Shown one piece after another: positions 1 to 9,716 of a stretch of DNA of 64,000 nucleotides. Where the stretch lies: NCBI GenBank assembly GCA_965200315.1, contig OZ241362.1, positions 5,056,001 through 5,120,000 on the forward strand, given 5' to 3'. Numbering within the stretch: the first letter of the stretch is position 1; each line of letters starts with the position of its first letter. The DNA comes from Candidatus Latescibacterota bacterium. GTDB lineage: Bacteria > Latescibacterota > UBA2968 > UBA8231. Both the position numbers and the translations under genes were made by a program. The notes beneath the pieces were generated by a model. The model had not been told where the DNA came from, did no database searches, and saw only the letters and a list, made by a program, of their open reading frames with translations.

Positions 1-1
1 C

Positions 2-361
2 CGCCTGACTAGCGCCTCGACAGCCGACCGCCAAGACTGGAGCGGGATTTCCTCGCTCTTGCTGCGGCGTTCCTTTTTGAACCACGTGTCGCTACAGGTG
101 GGCGTTGAGCACCTGATCTTCCGCGATTTTATCCAAGACGAGACGGCTGCCGCTGGCTTGCACGCCGGCGATACGACCGGGGATTTCGACGAGACTTCGC
201 TCGCCGTACAATTTTCCATCGACAAGCCGTATCTGGGCTATACCCTGCAAACCCTGATGGGCATAAGGGTGAGCAGGCGCTACTTAGAGCGCTTTGAACA
301 GCCGAGCGCCCGGGAGACGGGTGCGCTCTCTTTCGTGACGGTATATGGCAGCGTCCGCTAG
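2..361 (+). CDS. 3' end of a hypothetical protein, truncated by the window edge
   Basis: The frame of ORF 59..361 is open back to base 2 with no stop; it ends with TAG at 359-361. Confidence 0.6.
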   Translation, partial: RLTSASTADRQDWSGISSLLLRRSFLNHVSLQVGVEHLIFRDFIQDETAAAGLHAGDTTGDFDETSLAVQFSIDKPYLGYTLQTLMGIRVSRRYLERFEQPSARETGALSFVTVYGSVR

Positions 362-427
362 CGCCTGTTGGTCGCTGTGTCGCAGTTTAATCCATCCCAC
401 CCAAAAAATTGTGAGTGTACTAAGTCT

Positions 428-2134
428 ATGAAAGCGTACCTGTTTTTGGTTTGCAGTGGAATTCTCCTGGCACTTATGGGTTGTGCAAAAGATGCCGAGG
501 AACTAGAAGACCCCATTTTAGCCGAAGTGGGAGACCGGCGGATAACAGCCTCTCAACTGATTGACTTTGAACAGCGCTTGCCGGCACAGCTAAAGACGAA
601 AAAGTCCGGCTTGGACGGCTATCGAGATTATGTACAGACGATTATCGACAAGGAGATCTTTCTCCAAGAAGCGATCAAAAGGGGACTCGACGAGGCACCG
701 GAGGTGGTGCAGAAGCTACAGCGGGAAAAAGCCGAACGGGTGTTGAGCCTGTTGTTCGAGCGCGAATTTCTCGCCAAGGTCCACGTTGATGAGCAGGAAT
801 TGCGGGCGGCTTATGAGGCTGCGGACAAGGAGCGCGAGGTCAAGCTGCGCCTGATCATCGTCGACACGCAGGCAGAAGCCGAGGAAATTGGGCAAAGCCT
901 TGCCGACGGCCGGGATTTCGCCGAACTGGCGCACAGCCGATCACAGCACAAATCGACAGCACCGCAAGGTGGGGAACTGGATGGCTACCTGACCCCCAAG
1001 CGCATTCCGATCTATCTGCAAGAATACATAAACGCGCTTGCGGGCGGCGAGTACTCCGAGTCGATCCGCCTGCCCAATGGCCAGTTCGGGATCTATCAAG
1101 TCATGCACACCCGGCCCGTGAGTTTTGCCACCGCGAGCAACGAGCTGGAGGCCAAGCTGCGAGAGGAAAAGACGACGGAGCTGATAGAGGCATTCTTGGC
1201 GCAACTGCGGACCGACATCGACTTGCAGGCCAACGCCGAGACCTTGCACCAGCTCCAGCAATGGGTCGCGGCAGGGCGCAGAGAGTACACCGAGGCAGAG
1301 CGCGCAGCAGTGCTCTTTCAGTTCAGCGACGGTAGCGTCACGGTGGGTGATTTTTGGGATTATGCCGCAGTGTTGAAGATGGGCTTTTCGGGTGACATTG
1401 CCGAGTCGGTGCGCTGGTTTGCTGAGGACGTGCTATTGCCCCGCACCTTGTTCCTCCAGGTGGCTTATGAAAGGGGGATTGACCGCGAGGATCAGATTGT
1501 GCGCTGGTATGAGCGACGCAAAGACGCCCTGTTGCTGTTGGCGCTTAGGCAGACGGCGGTCAAGGACCAAGTCCATATCGAGCCGGAGGCCATTAGGAAA
1601 CTATACGACGAGCGGCCCGAATTATTCACCGCACCTGAGGAGGTCACGTTGCAGGAGATCATGGTGCAAACTCGGGAAGAGGCCGTCGCAATCAAAGAGC
1701 GAATCGAGGCGGGTGAGGATATGGCAGCACTCGCCGACGAATACACCTTGCGAACGGCGGGCAAGGGCGCACAGGGCACATTTCACATCCACGCCTTTGA
1801 GCAGTCCTTTTATCCAGAATTGATCGACATCGTGCGCAATGCCGAGGTCGGCCGGTTGTACGGCCCGCTAGCGGTGACGGCGCAGGCCGCCCAAGTGGTC
1901 GGACCGGAGGCCATGCCTCGGGGTGGGGAGTACTATTCGGTGTTCAAGGTGCTGAAGTCGAATTTCGGCAGCACTCCCGAGCCTTTTGATGCGGCGGCGA
2001 AGCGAGCGCGGGCGCTTTTGAAACGCGCCGAGGAGAGCCGTTTGGCGGATGCGTTTTTGCTGGGGCTGCGGCGGGACTACGAGGATAAGGTTGTCGTATA
2101 TGAAGACAACCTCAAGACATTGTTGCCCCAATAG
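428..2134 (+). CDS. PrsA/SurA-like parvulin peptidyl-prolyl isomerase lipoprotein with two PpiC domains
   Basis: Lipoprotein signal MKAYLFLVCSGILLALMG-C from ATG 428; two rotamase-like segments (DFAELAHSRS...GGELDGYL and DMAALADEYT). Confidence 0.8.
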   Translation: MKAYLFLVCSGILLALMGCAKDAEELEDPILAEVGDRRITASQLIDFEQRLPAQLKTKKSGLDGYRDYVQTIIDKEIFLQEAIKRGLDEAPEVVQKLQREKAERVLSLLFEREFLAKVHVDEQELRAAYEAADKEREVKLRLIIVDTQAEAEEIGQSLADGRDFAELAHSRSQHKSTAPQGGELDGYLTPKRIPIYLQEYINALAGGEYSESIRLPNGQFGIYQVMHTRPVSFATASNELEAKLREEKTTELIEAFLAQLRTDIDLQANAETLHQLQQWVAAGRREYTEAERAAVLFQFSDGSVTVGDFWDYAAVLKMGFSGDIAESVRWFAEDVLLPRTLFLQVAYERGIDREDQIVRWYERRKDALLLLALRQTAVKDQVHIEPEAIRKLYDERPELFTAPEEVTLQEIMVQTREEAVAIKERIEAGEDMAALADEYTLRTAGKGAQGTFHIHAFEQSFYPELIDIVRNAEVGRLYGPLAVTAQAAQVVGPEAMPRGGEYYSVFKVLKSNFGSTPEPFDAAAKRARALLKRAEESRLADAFLLGLRRDYEDKVVVYEDNLKTLLPQ

Positions 2135-2149
2135 CTGGAGCGGTGTACG

Positions 2150-2242
2150 TTACCACTAAAGGAGCACATTGACGGCATACGCGGTGCTTTAAGAGAGAAC
2201 CAATTTCCAAATGAGGCAGCAGTATCTCAGGGAAGTGTTTAA
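2150..2242 (+). pseudogene. Relic N-terminus of an HsdR_N-like restriction protein
   Basis: Translates LPLKEHIDGIRGALRENQFPNEAAVSQGSV then stops; NEAAVSQG resembles the start of HsdR N-terminal-domain proteins as I recall them. Confidence 0.35.
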
Positions 2243-2300
2243 TCAAGATTTTTGGCTGTACCAGCTAGTTCACGACTCGTTCTGAGAAAGAAGAATCACA

Positions 2301-2831
2301 ATGACAGATATGTCTTTCGATGATTTCGTAAACCAACAGATAGCCAAGGAAGAACCATCAATCGACTGGATCCAAATACGCGACGATTGGATAAGGCATC
2401 TCGATGAATTCTACCAATTAGCCGAAGGATTCCTACGGAAATACATTGACCAAGGTAAGGTCCGTATTACAAGGACCACAAAGCAGATCAATGAGGAATA
2501 CATCGGTAGTTATGATGTGGAATCTCTTGAGGTCCAGATTGGTACCATCAAAGTTCTCTTCGATCCCATCGGTAGCCTAGTTCTCGGTGTGAAAGGGCGA
2601 GTGGACATGCACGGGCCGCATGGTACGGTTAAGTTTGTTCTTGTCCCGAAAACAGATTCTTCCCCTACGATCCGCGTCATCCAAGAGGAATATAGCGAAG
2701 TAAAGGATGAACCGGAACCTGTTATCGAGGAGTTGGCTTGGAAAATACTTACGCCGCCTCCGAACATCAAATACATCGAACTTGAAGAGGAGTCCTTCCT
2801 TTCCGCAATAATGGAAGTTGTGAATGCCTAG
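2301..2831 (+). CDS. Hypothetical protein in a lower-GC insert
   Basis: 176-aa ORF with a purine-rich upstream region; overlaps the start of the next ORF. Confidence 0.7.
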   Translation: MTDMSFDDFVNQQIAKEEPSIDWIQIRDDWIRHLDEFYQLAEGFLRKYIDQGKVRITRTTKQINEEYIGSYDVESLEVQIGTIKVLFDPIGSLVLGVKGRVDMHGPHGTVKFVLVPKTDSSPTIRVIQEEYSEVKDEPEPVIEELAWKILTPPPNIKYIELEEESFLSAIMEVVNA

Positions 2832-3359
2832 TGCTCGGAGAGTCCCGTTTTCTGGAGGACATCTCCCACTGGTCCAGATTGCCCAATATTATAGCGACAT
2901 AGAAGCATCCGTAAGGAACTACTTTTCTTTTGACAAACTGCAATCAGGCGAGCGTTTCGTCGGCTATACGCCACTAGAAATAAAACTTGAGATGACTTCC
3001 GTTCTTGTAGAACATGCACTGAGTACATCTATGAGTATCTTGGCCGCGTTAGAAGCGACTTTCCGTATGGACTTTTTGCAGCGTTGCTATAAAAGACAAA
3101 AAAACCCTCTCTCAAGATCCTTTAGAACATTATATCAGAATAAGGGTCAACATGTGCCGCTAGGGGATATTTTTTTGCAGTGGAAATCGCATCCGAATGT
3201 TCCCCGATCTATCATTTCAGACTTAGAGCAAGCCTTCAAGTATAGACATTGGCTTGCACTGGCCGGTACTGGACGCCTAAAATAGGCCGAGAGTATGACT
3301 ATGACGATATCTACGCGCTTGCTGAGTCGATATATAACTCATTTCCTTTTGCAGAGTGA
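2824..3359 (+). pseudogene. Frameshifted HEPN-like protein
   Basis: The ORF reads YRHWLA to base 3258. Restoring one base at 3259/3260 gives RHWLAHGRYWTPKIGREYDYDDIYALAESIYNSFPFAE to TGA 3357-3359, an R-x4-H motif. Confidence 0.65.
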
Positions 3360-3404
3360 TCAGCGGTATCTATGCAGTTATTCATATTCTGAGGAGGACC
3401 AATC

Positions 3405-4556
3405 GTGAAAATCACCGATGTCGAAGTCATTCACTTTCGCACCAAACACCGCGGCCGCAGTGCTGGATCGCGCTGGGGTTATGGCGTGTGGATTGACGAC
3501 GAGGAAGCGGAAGGCACCGGAGCGATCACCAGAATTTCCACCGACGAGGGCGTCACCGGGCACATGTTGGGCGGCAACAAGGCGACTATGGAAGGTGCCA
3601 TCAAAAACCTCCTGGTCGGCGAGGATCCCCTCAACCGCGAGAAGCTATGGCATTGGATGGACCAGATGTCCACGTTTGGCCACAGCCTCGCCGAACACGA
3701 ACTCGGCCTTGTCGATTGTGCGCTGTGGGATCTGGCGGGGCAAAAAGCCGGTATGCCCGTGTACCAACTGTTGGGCGGCACTCGCGACAAAGTCGAAGCA
3801 TACGCCAGTACGCACCCGAACTTGGGCGGTCCCGAGGTGTATGAAGAACTGGCGCGAGAGTGCGTAGCGCGCGGTTATAAAGCCTTCAAAGTACACGCTA
3901 ACATCTGCTGGAATCCGCACACGCGGGAGCCCGCGCCGCAACTGCCGGGATTTCCCAAAGAGGATGTGGAGATTTGTCGCGCCGTGCGCGAAGCCGTAGG
4001 CGACGATATCGTGCTGATGCTCGATCCGTTCGGCGTCTATACTCTAGAGGAATCGCTGTGGGTGGCGCGGGAATTGGAGGAGTTGAACTACTACTGGTTG
4101 GAGCACCCGATGGTCGAGACGCGGGTAGAGTCCTATCGCCGCTTGACGGAGCAGACCTCCATCGCCATCTGCTCCCCCGAACACGTCAAGGGCGGTCCCT
4201 TTGCACGGGCCGAGTGGCTGTTGCAAGGGGCCTGCGATATGCTGCGCATTGATGTGAATTACGGCGGCATCACTGGCTGCTGGAAGCTCGTCAACTTGTG
4301 CCAGCTCTACGGTGTGCAATGCGAGCTGCACGGGGTGGGTGCCCCGCACGTGCAGTTGGCCGCGGCCGCTCCCGAAGCCACCTGCCGCTATTACGAGCGC
4401 GGTCTGTTGCGGCTTGGGCGCGATTACGACGAGAGCCCACCGCACCTTGTTCAGATCGCCGACCCTATGGACGACGAAGGGTGCGTACTCGTGTCGCAGG
4501 AACCGGGGCTGGGGATAGCCTACAACTGGGATTATATCGCTGACAACCTGATCTGA
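3405..4556 (+). CDS. Mandelate racemase/muconate lactonizing enzyme family (enolase superfamily) protein
   Basis: VDCALWDLAGQKAGMPVYQLLGG signature; candidate metal ligands in MLDP, WLEHP, SPEH; GAGGAGG SD before the GTG start. Confidence 0.9.
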   Translation: MKITDVEVIHFRTKHRGRSAGSRWGYGVWIDDEEAEGTGAITRISTDEGVTGHMLGGNKATMEGAIKNLLVGEDPLNREKLWHWMDQMSTFGHSLAEHELGLVDCALWDLAGQKAGMPVYQLLGGTRDKVEAYASTHPNLGGPEVYEELARECVARGYKAFKVHANICWNPHTREPAPQLPGFPKEDVEICRAVREAVGDDIVLMLDPFGVYTLEESLWVARELEELNYYWLEHPMVETRVESYRRLTEQTSIAICSPEHVKGGPFARAEWLLQGACDMLRIDVNYGGITGCWKLVNLCQLYGVQCELHGVGAPHVQLAAAAPEATCRYYERGLLRLGRDYDESPPHLVQIADPMDDEGCVLVSQEPGLGIAYNWDYIADNLI

Positions 4557-4572
4557 GCGGAGGAATCGGCAC

Positions 4573-5667
4573 ATGCAAAAGTGCAGCGCGATCCTAACCG
4601 TTGGCGTACTGTGGGCACTGTCCGCCGCCGCACTGGAACGGCCGGATACCACCTTCAAAATTTTTCAGTTCCCCGCCGATCAGATCCCCCGGGTTGATGG
4701 GGATGTATCCGACTGGGACATGGTTCCTGCTGATTACGCCATCGGCATCGATGAGTTGAAAGACACCGTACACAACAGCCCGATTGATACCACTGATCTA
4801 GATGTCACCATGCGCGTCGGCTGGGTCAAGGGGCTAAACCGACTCTACTTTCTCTACGAAGCTTATGACGACTACTGGGATTTCAGCCACCGCGATCTGC
4901 ACAACGACATTTTGGAGATCGTCGTCGATGGCGATTTGTCCGGCGGTCCTTTGATCCCTCAACTGCGCGAAGACAAGGAGACCAACGGGCTGGAGGGCCT
5001 CGACGGGCACTTCAAATTCCACGGCGTCCACGCCCAGAACTACCACGTCCTGACCCCGGCCGACGGCAAGCCCTGGACTATGGTCTGGGGTGCCAATCAG
5101 TGGATCTACGAGCTGCCTTGGGCCAATGCGGCGGCGCGCTACGATTTTGCGCCGGGCGATAGCGGGCACTACACGCTCGAATTCTGGATCACCCCTTTCG
5201 ACTACGCCCCGGCCGACGGGCCGGAGCGCGCCGTGGAGTCGAAGCTCGAAGAGGACGCCTTGATCGGCCTTTCTTGGTGCATCCTCGACTACGATGATGT
5301 CGAGGTCAAACAGCAGGAGTTTGAGGGCTTTTGGAACCTATCCCACAAGACGACCATGTTCGGCAATGCCTCCGAACTGGTCGGCTTCCGACTGATGCCG
5401 CTGGAAAAAGCCTTTCGCGATCCGGTCGAGGCGCAATGGGAATTTACCGTTATCGATATGGAACGCCGCTTGGTCGCGTTCAAGGATTTGTCCTACGGGG
5501 ATATCCGCTCATGGCGTTGGGATTTCGGCGACGGCACCACCTCAACCGAGCAACACCCCGTCCACCAATACGCAGAGCCTGGGACGACCTATACAGTCAC
5601 GCTCTACGTCGAAGGCCCCGAGGGGAAGGCGCGGATGTCGAAGGTGTGGGACGTGATCGTCCGCTAA
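4573..5667 (+). CDS. Secreted protein with a CBM9-like N-terminal region and a C-terminal PKD domain
   Basis: Signal peptide; IPRVDGDVSDW; PKD motif WRWDFGDG...HQY...YTVTL. Confidence 0.75.
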   Translation: MQKCSAILTVGVLWALSAAALERPDTTFKIFQFPADQIPRVDGDVSDWDMVPADYAIGIDELKDTVHNSPIDTTDLDVTMRVGWVKGLNRLYFLYEAYDDYWDFSHRDLHNDILEIVVDGDLSGGPLIPQLREDKETNGLEGLDGHFKFHGVHAQNYHVLTPADGKPWTMVWGANQWIYELPWANAAARYDFAPGDSGHYTLEFWITPFDYAPADGPERAVESKLEEDALIGLSWCILDYDDVEVKQQEFEGFWNLSHKTTMFGNASELVGFRLMPLEKAFRDPVEAQWEFTVIDMERRLVAFKDLSYGDIRSWRWDFGDGTTSTEQHPVHQYAEPGTTYTVTLYVEGPEGKARMSKVWDVIVR

Positions 5668-5688
5668 AACGGTCGTACTGAGAGTCCT

Positions 5689-7392
5689 ATGAGGCGGCTC
5701 TGGCATTGGGGAGGGATCGTCTTTGTACTAGCGCTGAGCCTGCGTTTGGTACATGCGTTCCAGATGTCGGCTAGCCCTCTTTTTACTCTGCCGGCGGTGG
5801 ACGCGGCCACGTATTCCGAACAGGCGGCTAGCCTAGCCGAAGGCCATTGGTTGGGACGCGGCCAAGGTCCGTTCTGGCAACCGCCGCTCTATCCTTATTT
5901 CTTAGGCCTAATCAAGCTCGTATTCCCAGAATCCTTTTACTACGTAGCTCGCTTGGCGCAGGCGCTAATTGGCAGCCTTACCTGTGTGTTGCTGTACTGG
6001 GTTGGGCGGCGGCTTTTTGGCTCAGGGGTTGGTTTCATCGGCGGTCTCATTGCGGCGGTGTACGGGCCGCTGATCTATTTTGACGCCCGGCTCTTGCCGG
6101 CTGGGCTAGCCACTCTTTTTGTCCTTGTCAGTCTCTTGCTGTTAATGCGCGCGGTTGAGCGGCCGACGCGATTCGTTTTTACGGCTGCGGGTTTTGCAAT
6201 GGGGCTGGCGTCGCTTACCGCGGCGATCCTCGCGTCCTTGATCTTAGGTGTGGCTCTCTGGCTGTTCTATGGGTTGCGGAAAAACGCCGCGCAGGCCGTC
6301 GCTGCTTTTCTGCTAGGAGCGGTGCTGGCTATTGCGCCGGTAACGCTGAGAAATTACACCATCGGCGGTGACTTCGTGCTGATCTCTTATAACGGAGGGG
6401 TGAATTTCTACATAGGGAACAACGCAAACGCCGAGCAGACGCTCGCGCTGCGCCCGGGATGGGAGTGGGAGGAACTGGTTGCTCTGCCGCTGCGGGAAGG
6501 GATTACGCGCCCTTCGGCCAAGTCCCTGTTTTTTTACAGGCAGGCTCTTGAATACATACAGGATGCGCCCTTCGATTACATGGGGTTGCTAGCGGCAAAA
6601 ACCGCCGATTTCTGGCGCGGCGATGAAATAGAGCGCAATCAGGAAATGTACTATTGGCGCAAGTATTCGAGCGTCCTCGCGGGTACCTTGTGGAAGTGGG
6701 GGGTGGCTTTCCCCTTTGGCTTGGTAAGCCCCCTCGCGCTGCTAGGGCTGATAGTGTACATCCGGCGGCAAGGCATTGCGCTGCCGGTGCTTTTCGTCCT
6801 CGGCTATAGTTTCGCGGTCATCTCCTTTTTTGTCGCGGCGCGCTACCGCCTGCCGCTCGTGCCGCTGCTGATTCTGTTCGCCGCGTACGGGGGGAATTGG
6901 CTGTATGCGAGGTGGCGGCAATCCTGGCGCCAAGTGCTTTGGCCGACGGCTGTTCTCGCCTTCTTGGTGCTGTTGGTGAATTGGGATTTGCCGCCGATGG
7001 ATGGGCGGGGCAAGGCCGCCACGCACAACGATTTGGGCAACGCCTACTTGCAACAAGGCCGCCGCGATATGGCACTGCTGAAATACGAACAGGCCACGCG
7101 GCGCGATTCGACGTATTGGCAGGCTTGGTTCAACCTCGGCTCACTGCGAGCAATGCGCGGCGATTTGCACGGCGCGCTGCCCATTCTTCTGAACGTGTTG
7201 GAGCCCGAGCGGGAACGCGCTGACGTGTGGAGCAATGTGGCCGGCGTCTATGTGGGATTGGGGCAATATCAGCAGGCGGTCGAGGTTCTCGAACAGGCTG
7301 TGGTGGCGGCACCGCGCGAGGATATCTACGCGGCGTTGGAGAGGGTGTACGCAATGATGGGAAAGCCAAGACATGGTGAGCGCGAAGAATAG
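5689..7392 (+). CDS. GT-C (ArnT/PMT-like, GT39/83) membrane glycosyltransferase with C-terminal TPRs
   Basis: Many hydrophobic helices; DAATY, PPLYPYFL, NFYIGNN and RYRLP motifs; TPR-like NDLGNAY and FNLGSL. Confidence 0.8.
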   Translation: MRRLWHWGGIVFVLALSLRLVHAFQMSASPLFTLPAVDAATYSEQAASLAEGHWLGRGQGPFWQPPLYPYFLGLIKLVFPESFYYVARLAQALIGSLTCVLLYWVGRRLFGSGVGFIGGLIAAVYGPLIYFDARLLPAGLATLFVLVSLLLLMRAVERPTRFVFTAAGFAMGLASLTAAILASLILGVALWLFYGLRKNAAQAVAAFLLGAVLAIAPVTLRNYTIGGDFVLISYNGGVNFYIGNNANAEQTLALRPGWEWEELVALPLREGITRPSAKSLFFYRQALEYIQDAPFDYMGLLAAKTADFWRGDEIERNQEMYYWRKYSSVLAGTLWKWGVAFPFGLVSPLALLGLIVYIRRQGIALPVLFVLGYSFAVISFFVAARYRLPLVPLLILFAAYGGNWLYARWRQSWRQVLWPTAVLAFLVLLVNWDLPPMDGRGKAATHNDLGNAYLQQGRRDMALLKYEQATRRDSTYWQAWFNLGSLRAMRGDLHGALPILLNVLEPERERADVWSNVAGVYVGLGQYQQAVEVLEQAVVAAPREDIYAALERVYAMMGKPRHGEREE

Positions 7393-9367
7393 AATCTGGT
7401 TTTTGCGTTTGGCGACCTTGGCGTTTGGCGTGGCTTTGGTCGTGGGGGTCGAAGGCTTGCTGCGGCTCGTGCCGGGGTTGGGGCCGTCGCCGTTGGTTGT
7501 GACTTTGGCCGAGGACGAAGTGACCGGCGAATCGCTGCGTGCGACGAGTCGGTTTTATGCACAGCGATTTTTCGCGCAATACAAGGGCCGGCTGGCGGCG
7601 GCGGGTCAGATGGGCGAGCACTTCTTTGTCGAACCCGCACCGGCCAATCGCTATCGCGTCGTTTTTGTCGGCGCTTCCACCGTGCAGGGTTTTCCCCATC
7701 CGCGTCGTTTGGCCGCGGCGTCCTTTTTGCAGGCGATGCTGGCGGATGCTTGGCCGGAACGGGAGGTGGAGGTCGTCAATTTGGGCATTACGTCCATTGC
7801 CAGCTTTGCGGTGGCGCAAGTGGTGGAAGATGCGTTGGTCCTGTCGCCTGATCTGGTCGTCGTCTATACCGGGCACAATGAATTCTACGGGTTGTACGGG
7901 GCCGGGAGGTATCAGCGGCTACAGTACTTTTTGCGGCAACTGCATTTGACGCATCTGGTGGATGGGTTGATAGGGAGCATTGGGACTGAGGATGAGCCAG
8001 CGGATCTGATAAAAATGGCGGCTGCACGCGGCGCGGTGCCGTTGCACAGCTCCGACCGAGAGACGGTGGAGCAAAATTTGCGCGACAACTTGCGGCGCGT
8101 GAGTCAGCTTTGCGAGCGAGCGCAGGTGCCCTTGGTGCTGTGTACTATTGTGGCGAATGACGCGGGATTTGCGCCGGTGGGATCGACGGAGGGGGGCGAG
8201 GTGTGGGAGGCGCGGGTGGAGCAAGCAGCGCAGGTATTGACGCGGGGTTACGTTGCGCCGGAGAATGCTGAGGATGCGCTGCAACAATTGGAGCAAGCGG
8301 CGGCTCTTGCGAGCGAACACGCTTGGCTGTGGTATTTGCAAGGCCGTGCGTTGGAGCGGTTGGGGCGAGACGCCCAAGCGCAGCGGGCTTTTCGCAAGGC
8401 GCGGGATTTGGACACCATGCCGTGGCGCGCTCCCACGGCGCACAATGCGGTGATTCGCGCTGTCGCCGCCGAGCATGGAGCGGTTTTGGCGGATGTGGAG
8501 GCTGCGTTTGTGGAGGCTGCGCCCGCGCAGGGCGTGGGTTGGGAGTGGATGGTGGACCACGTTCACTTCTCCGTTGCTGGGCAGGCTTTGTTGGCGCGGA
8601 CTGTTCTCCACAGCGTCGCCGGATTGCAGGACATTGACTTGGGATTGCTGCGGAGCGCGGAGGCGTATCGGCGCGATTTAGGCGACCTGCCGGTGGAGCG
8701 CGTGGTAGCGTACAACAAAATGGGGGCGATGCTCGCGCAAGCGCCCTTGCACCAATACAATGGACACAATGCGCGCTATCTCAAGCAACTGGCGGCTATG
8801 GAAGGGCAGCGGCTGTCGCCGGGAGAACGGCGCGGCGTTGAGCAGTGGGTCGAGCAGGGTCAGCGGGGGCCGTTGGTGTTAGCGGTGGCAGATCAGCTTT
8901 TCACCGAGCGGGATTTTGCGCGGGCGCAGGTGTACTACGCGGCAGCACTCCGCGAAGTGCCGTTTACGCGGCGTGGGTTGTGGGCGGCGGTGCAGTGGGC
9001 GTGGTGCATCAAGATGCAGGGGATGGCTGTTACCGACGGGCAGCGGGGCGAGGTGCGGGCCGCGCTGAAACAGGCGGGGTTTCTCGCGCACGATCCGGCT
9101 GTGGGCGCGTCCTTCGTCGATTTTGTCAAGGGTCAGCTCTACCATTTGCTCGCAGAACGCGAACCGGCCTTGAGGCATTTGGAGCGCGCTTTTTTGGACG
9201 CAGATTTTCGCCGCCGCTATGCGTTGAGTTTGTTTCAGGCGTTGGCGTTTGAATTGGTTTGGGCTGGGCGGGTGGAAGATGCGCGGGAATACGCTCGCTT
9301 GGTGGGGGGAGAGGTCGGACAGGAGGCGCATTTTTTGCGGATCGTGGAGGGCCAACTGAGGCCGTAG
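7373..9367 (+). CDS. Membrane-anchored SGNH/GDSL hydrolase-like protein with TPRs
   Basis: Blocks VGAST, NLG, GHNE and DHVH; TPR-like AWLWYLQGRAL. Confidence 0.75.
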   Translation: MVSAKNRIWFLRLATLAFGVALVVGVEGLLRLVPGLGPSPLVVTLAEDEVTGESLRATSRFYAQRFFAQYKGRLAAAGQMGEHFFVEPAPANRYRVVFVGASTVQGFPHPRRLAAASFLQAMLADAWPEREVEVVNLGITSIASFAVAQVVEDALVLSPDLVVVYTGHNEFYGLYGAGRYQRLQYFLRQLHLTHLVDGLIGSIGTEDEPADLIKMAAARGAVPLHSSDRETVEQNLRDNLRRVSQLCERAQVPLVLCTIVANDAGFAPVGSTEGGEVWEARVEQAAQVLTRGYVAPENAEDALQQLEQAAALASEHAWLWYLQGRALERLGRDAQAQRAFRKARDLDTMPWRAPTAHNAVIRAVAAEHGAVLADVEAAFVEAAPAQGVGWEWMVDHVHFSVAGQALLARTVLHSVAGLQDIDLGLLRSAEAYRRDLGDLPVERVVAYNKMGAMLAQAPLHQYNGHNARYLKQLAAMEGQRLSPGERRGVEQWVEQGQRGPLVLAVADQLFTERDFARAQVYYAAALREVPFTRRGLWAAVQWAWCIKMQGMAVTDGQRGEVRAALKQAGFLAHDPAVGASFVDFVKGQLYHLLAEREPALRHLERAFLDADFRRRYALSLFQALAFELVWAGRVEDAREYARLVGGEVGQEAHFLRIVEGQLRP

Positions 9368-9389
9368 GGGCGATTCGCCAACCGCCGTA
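9364..9389 (+). repeat. Degenerate GTAG-type REP-like palindrome
   Basis: GTAGGGGCGATTCGCCAACCGCCGTA overlaps the stop codon; imperfect stem, single copy in the window. Confidence 0.3.
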
Positions 9390-9413
9390 AGAGTTTAGAA
9401 AAAGAGATAGGAT

Positions 9414-9716
9414 ATGTTCAAACGCGCTGTGCATCCAGGTGAAGTCCTGAAAGACGAGCTCGAAGAGATAGGCGTCAAGCCCACGTCGTTTGCGCGTCAG
9501 ATCAATGTGCCGCCGAACCGCGTTGGCCAGATCATCGCGGGCAAGCGGTCGGTGACGGGCGACACGGCTTTGCGGTTCGGCCACTGGTTTGGGGTAGAGC
9601 CTCAATTCTGGCTGAACCTTCAGACGCAGTTCGATCTGGTTGCCGCCGACCAGCAAGCCGGTGCGGCCATACGTCGGCTGCCGACTCGCGTTGCTGCCCA
9701 AGAAGCAATGAAATGA
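9414..9716 (+). CDS. higA: HigA-family antitoxin (XRE HTH) with no adjacent HigB
   Basis: VHPGEVLKDEL...IIAGKRSVTGDTALRF...FWLNLQ. Confidence 0.9.
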   Translation: MFKRAVHPGEVLKDELEEIGVKPTSFARQINVPPNRVGQIIAGKRSVTGDTALRFGHWFGVEPQFWLNLQTQFDLVAADQQAGAAIRRLPTRVAAQEAMK

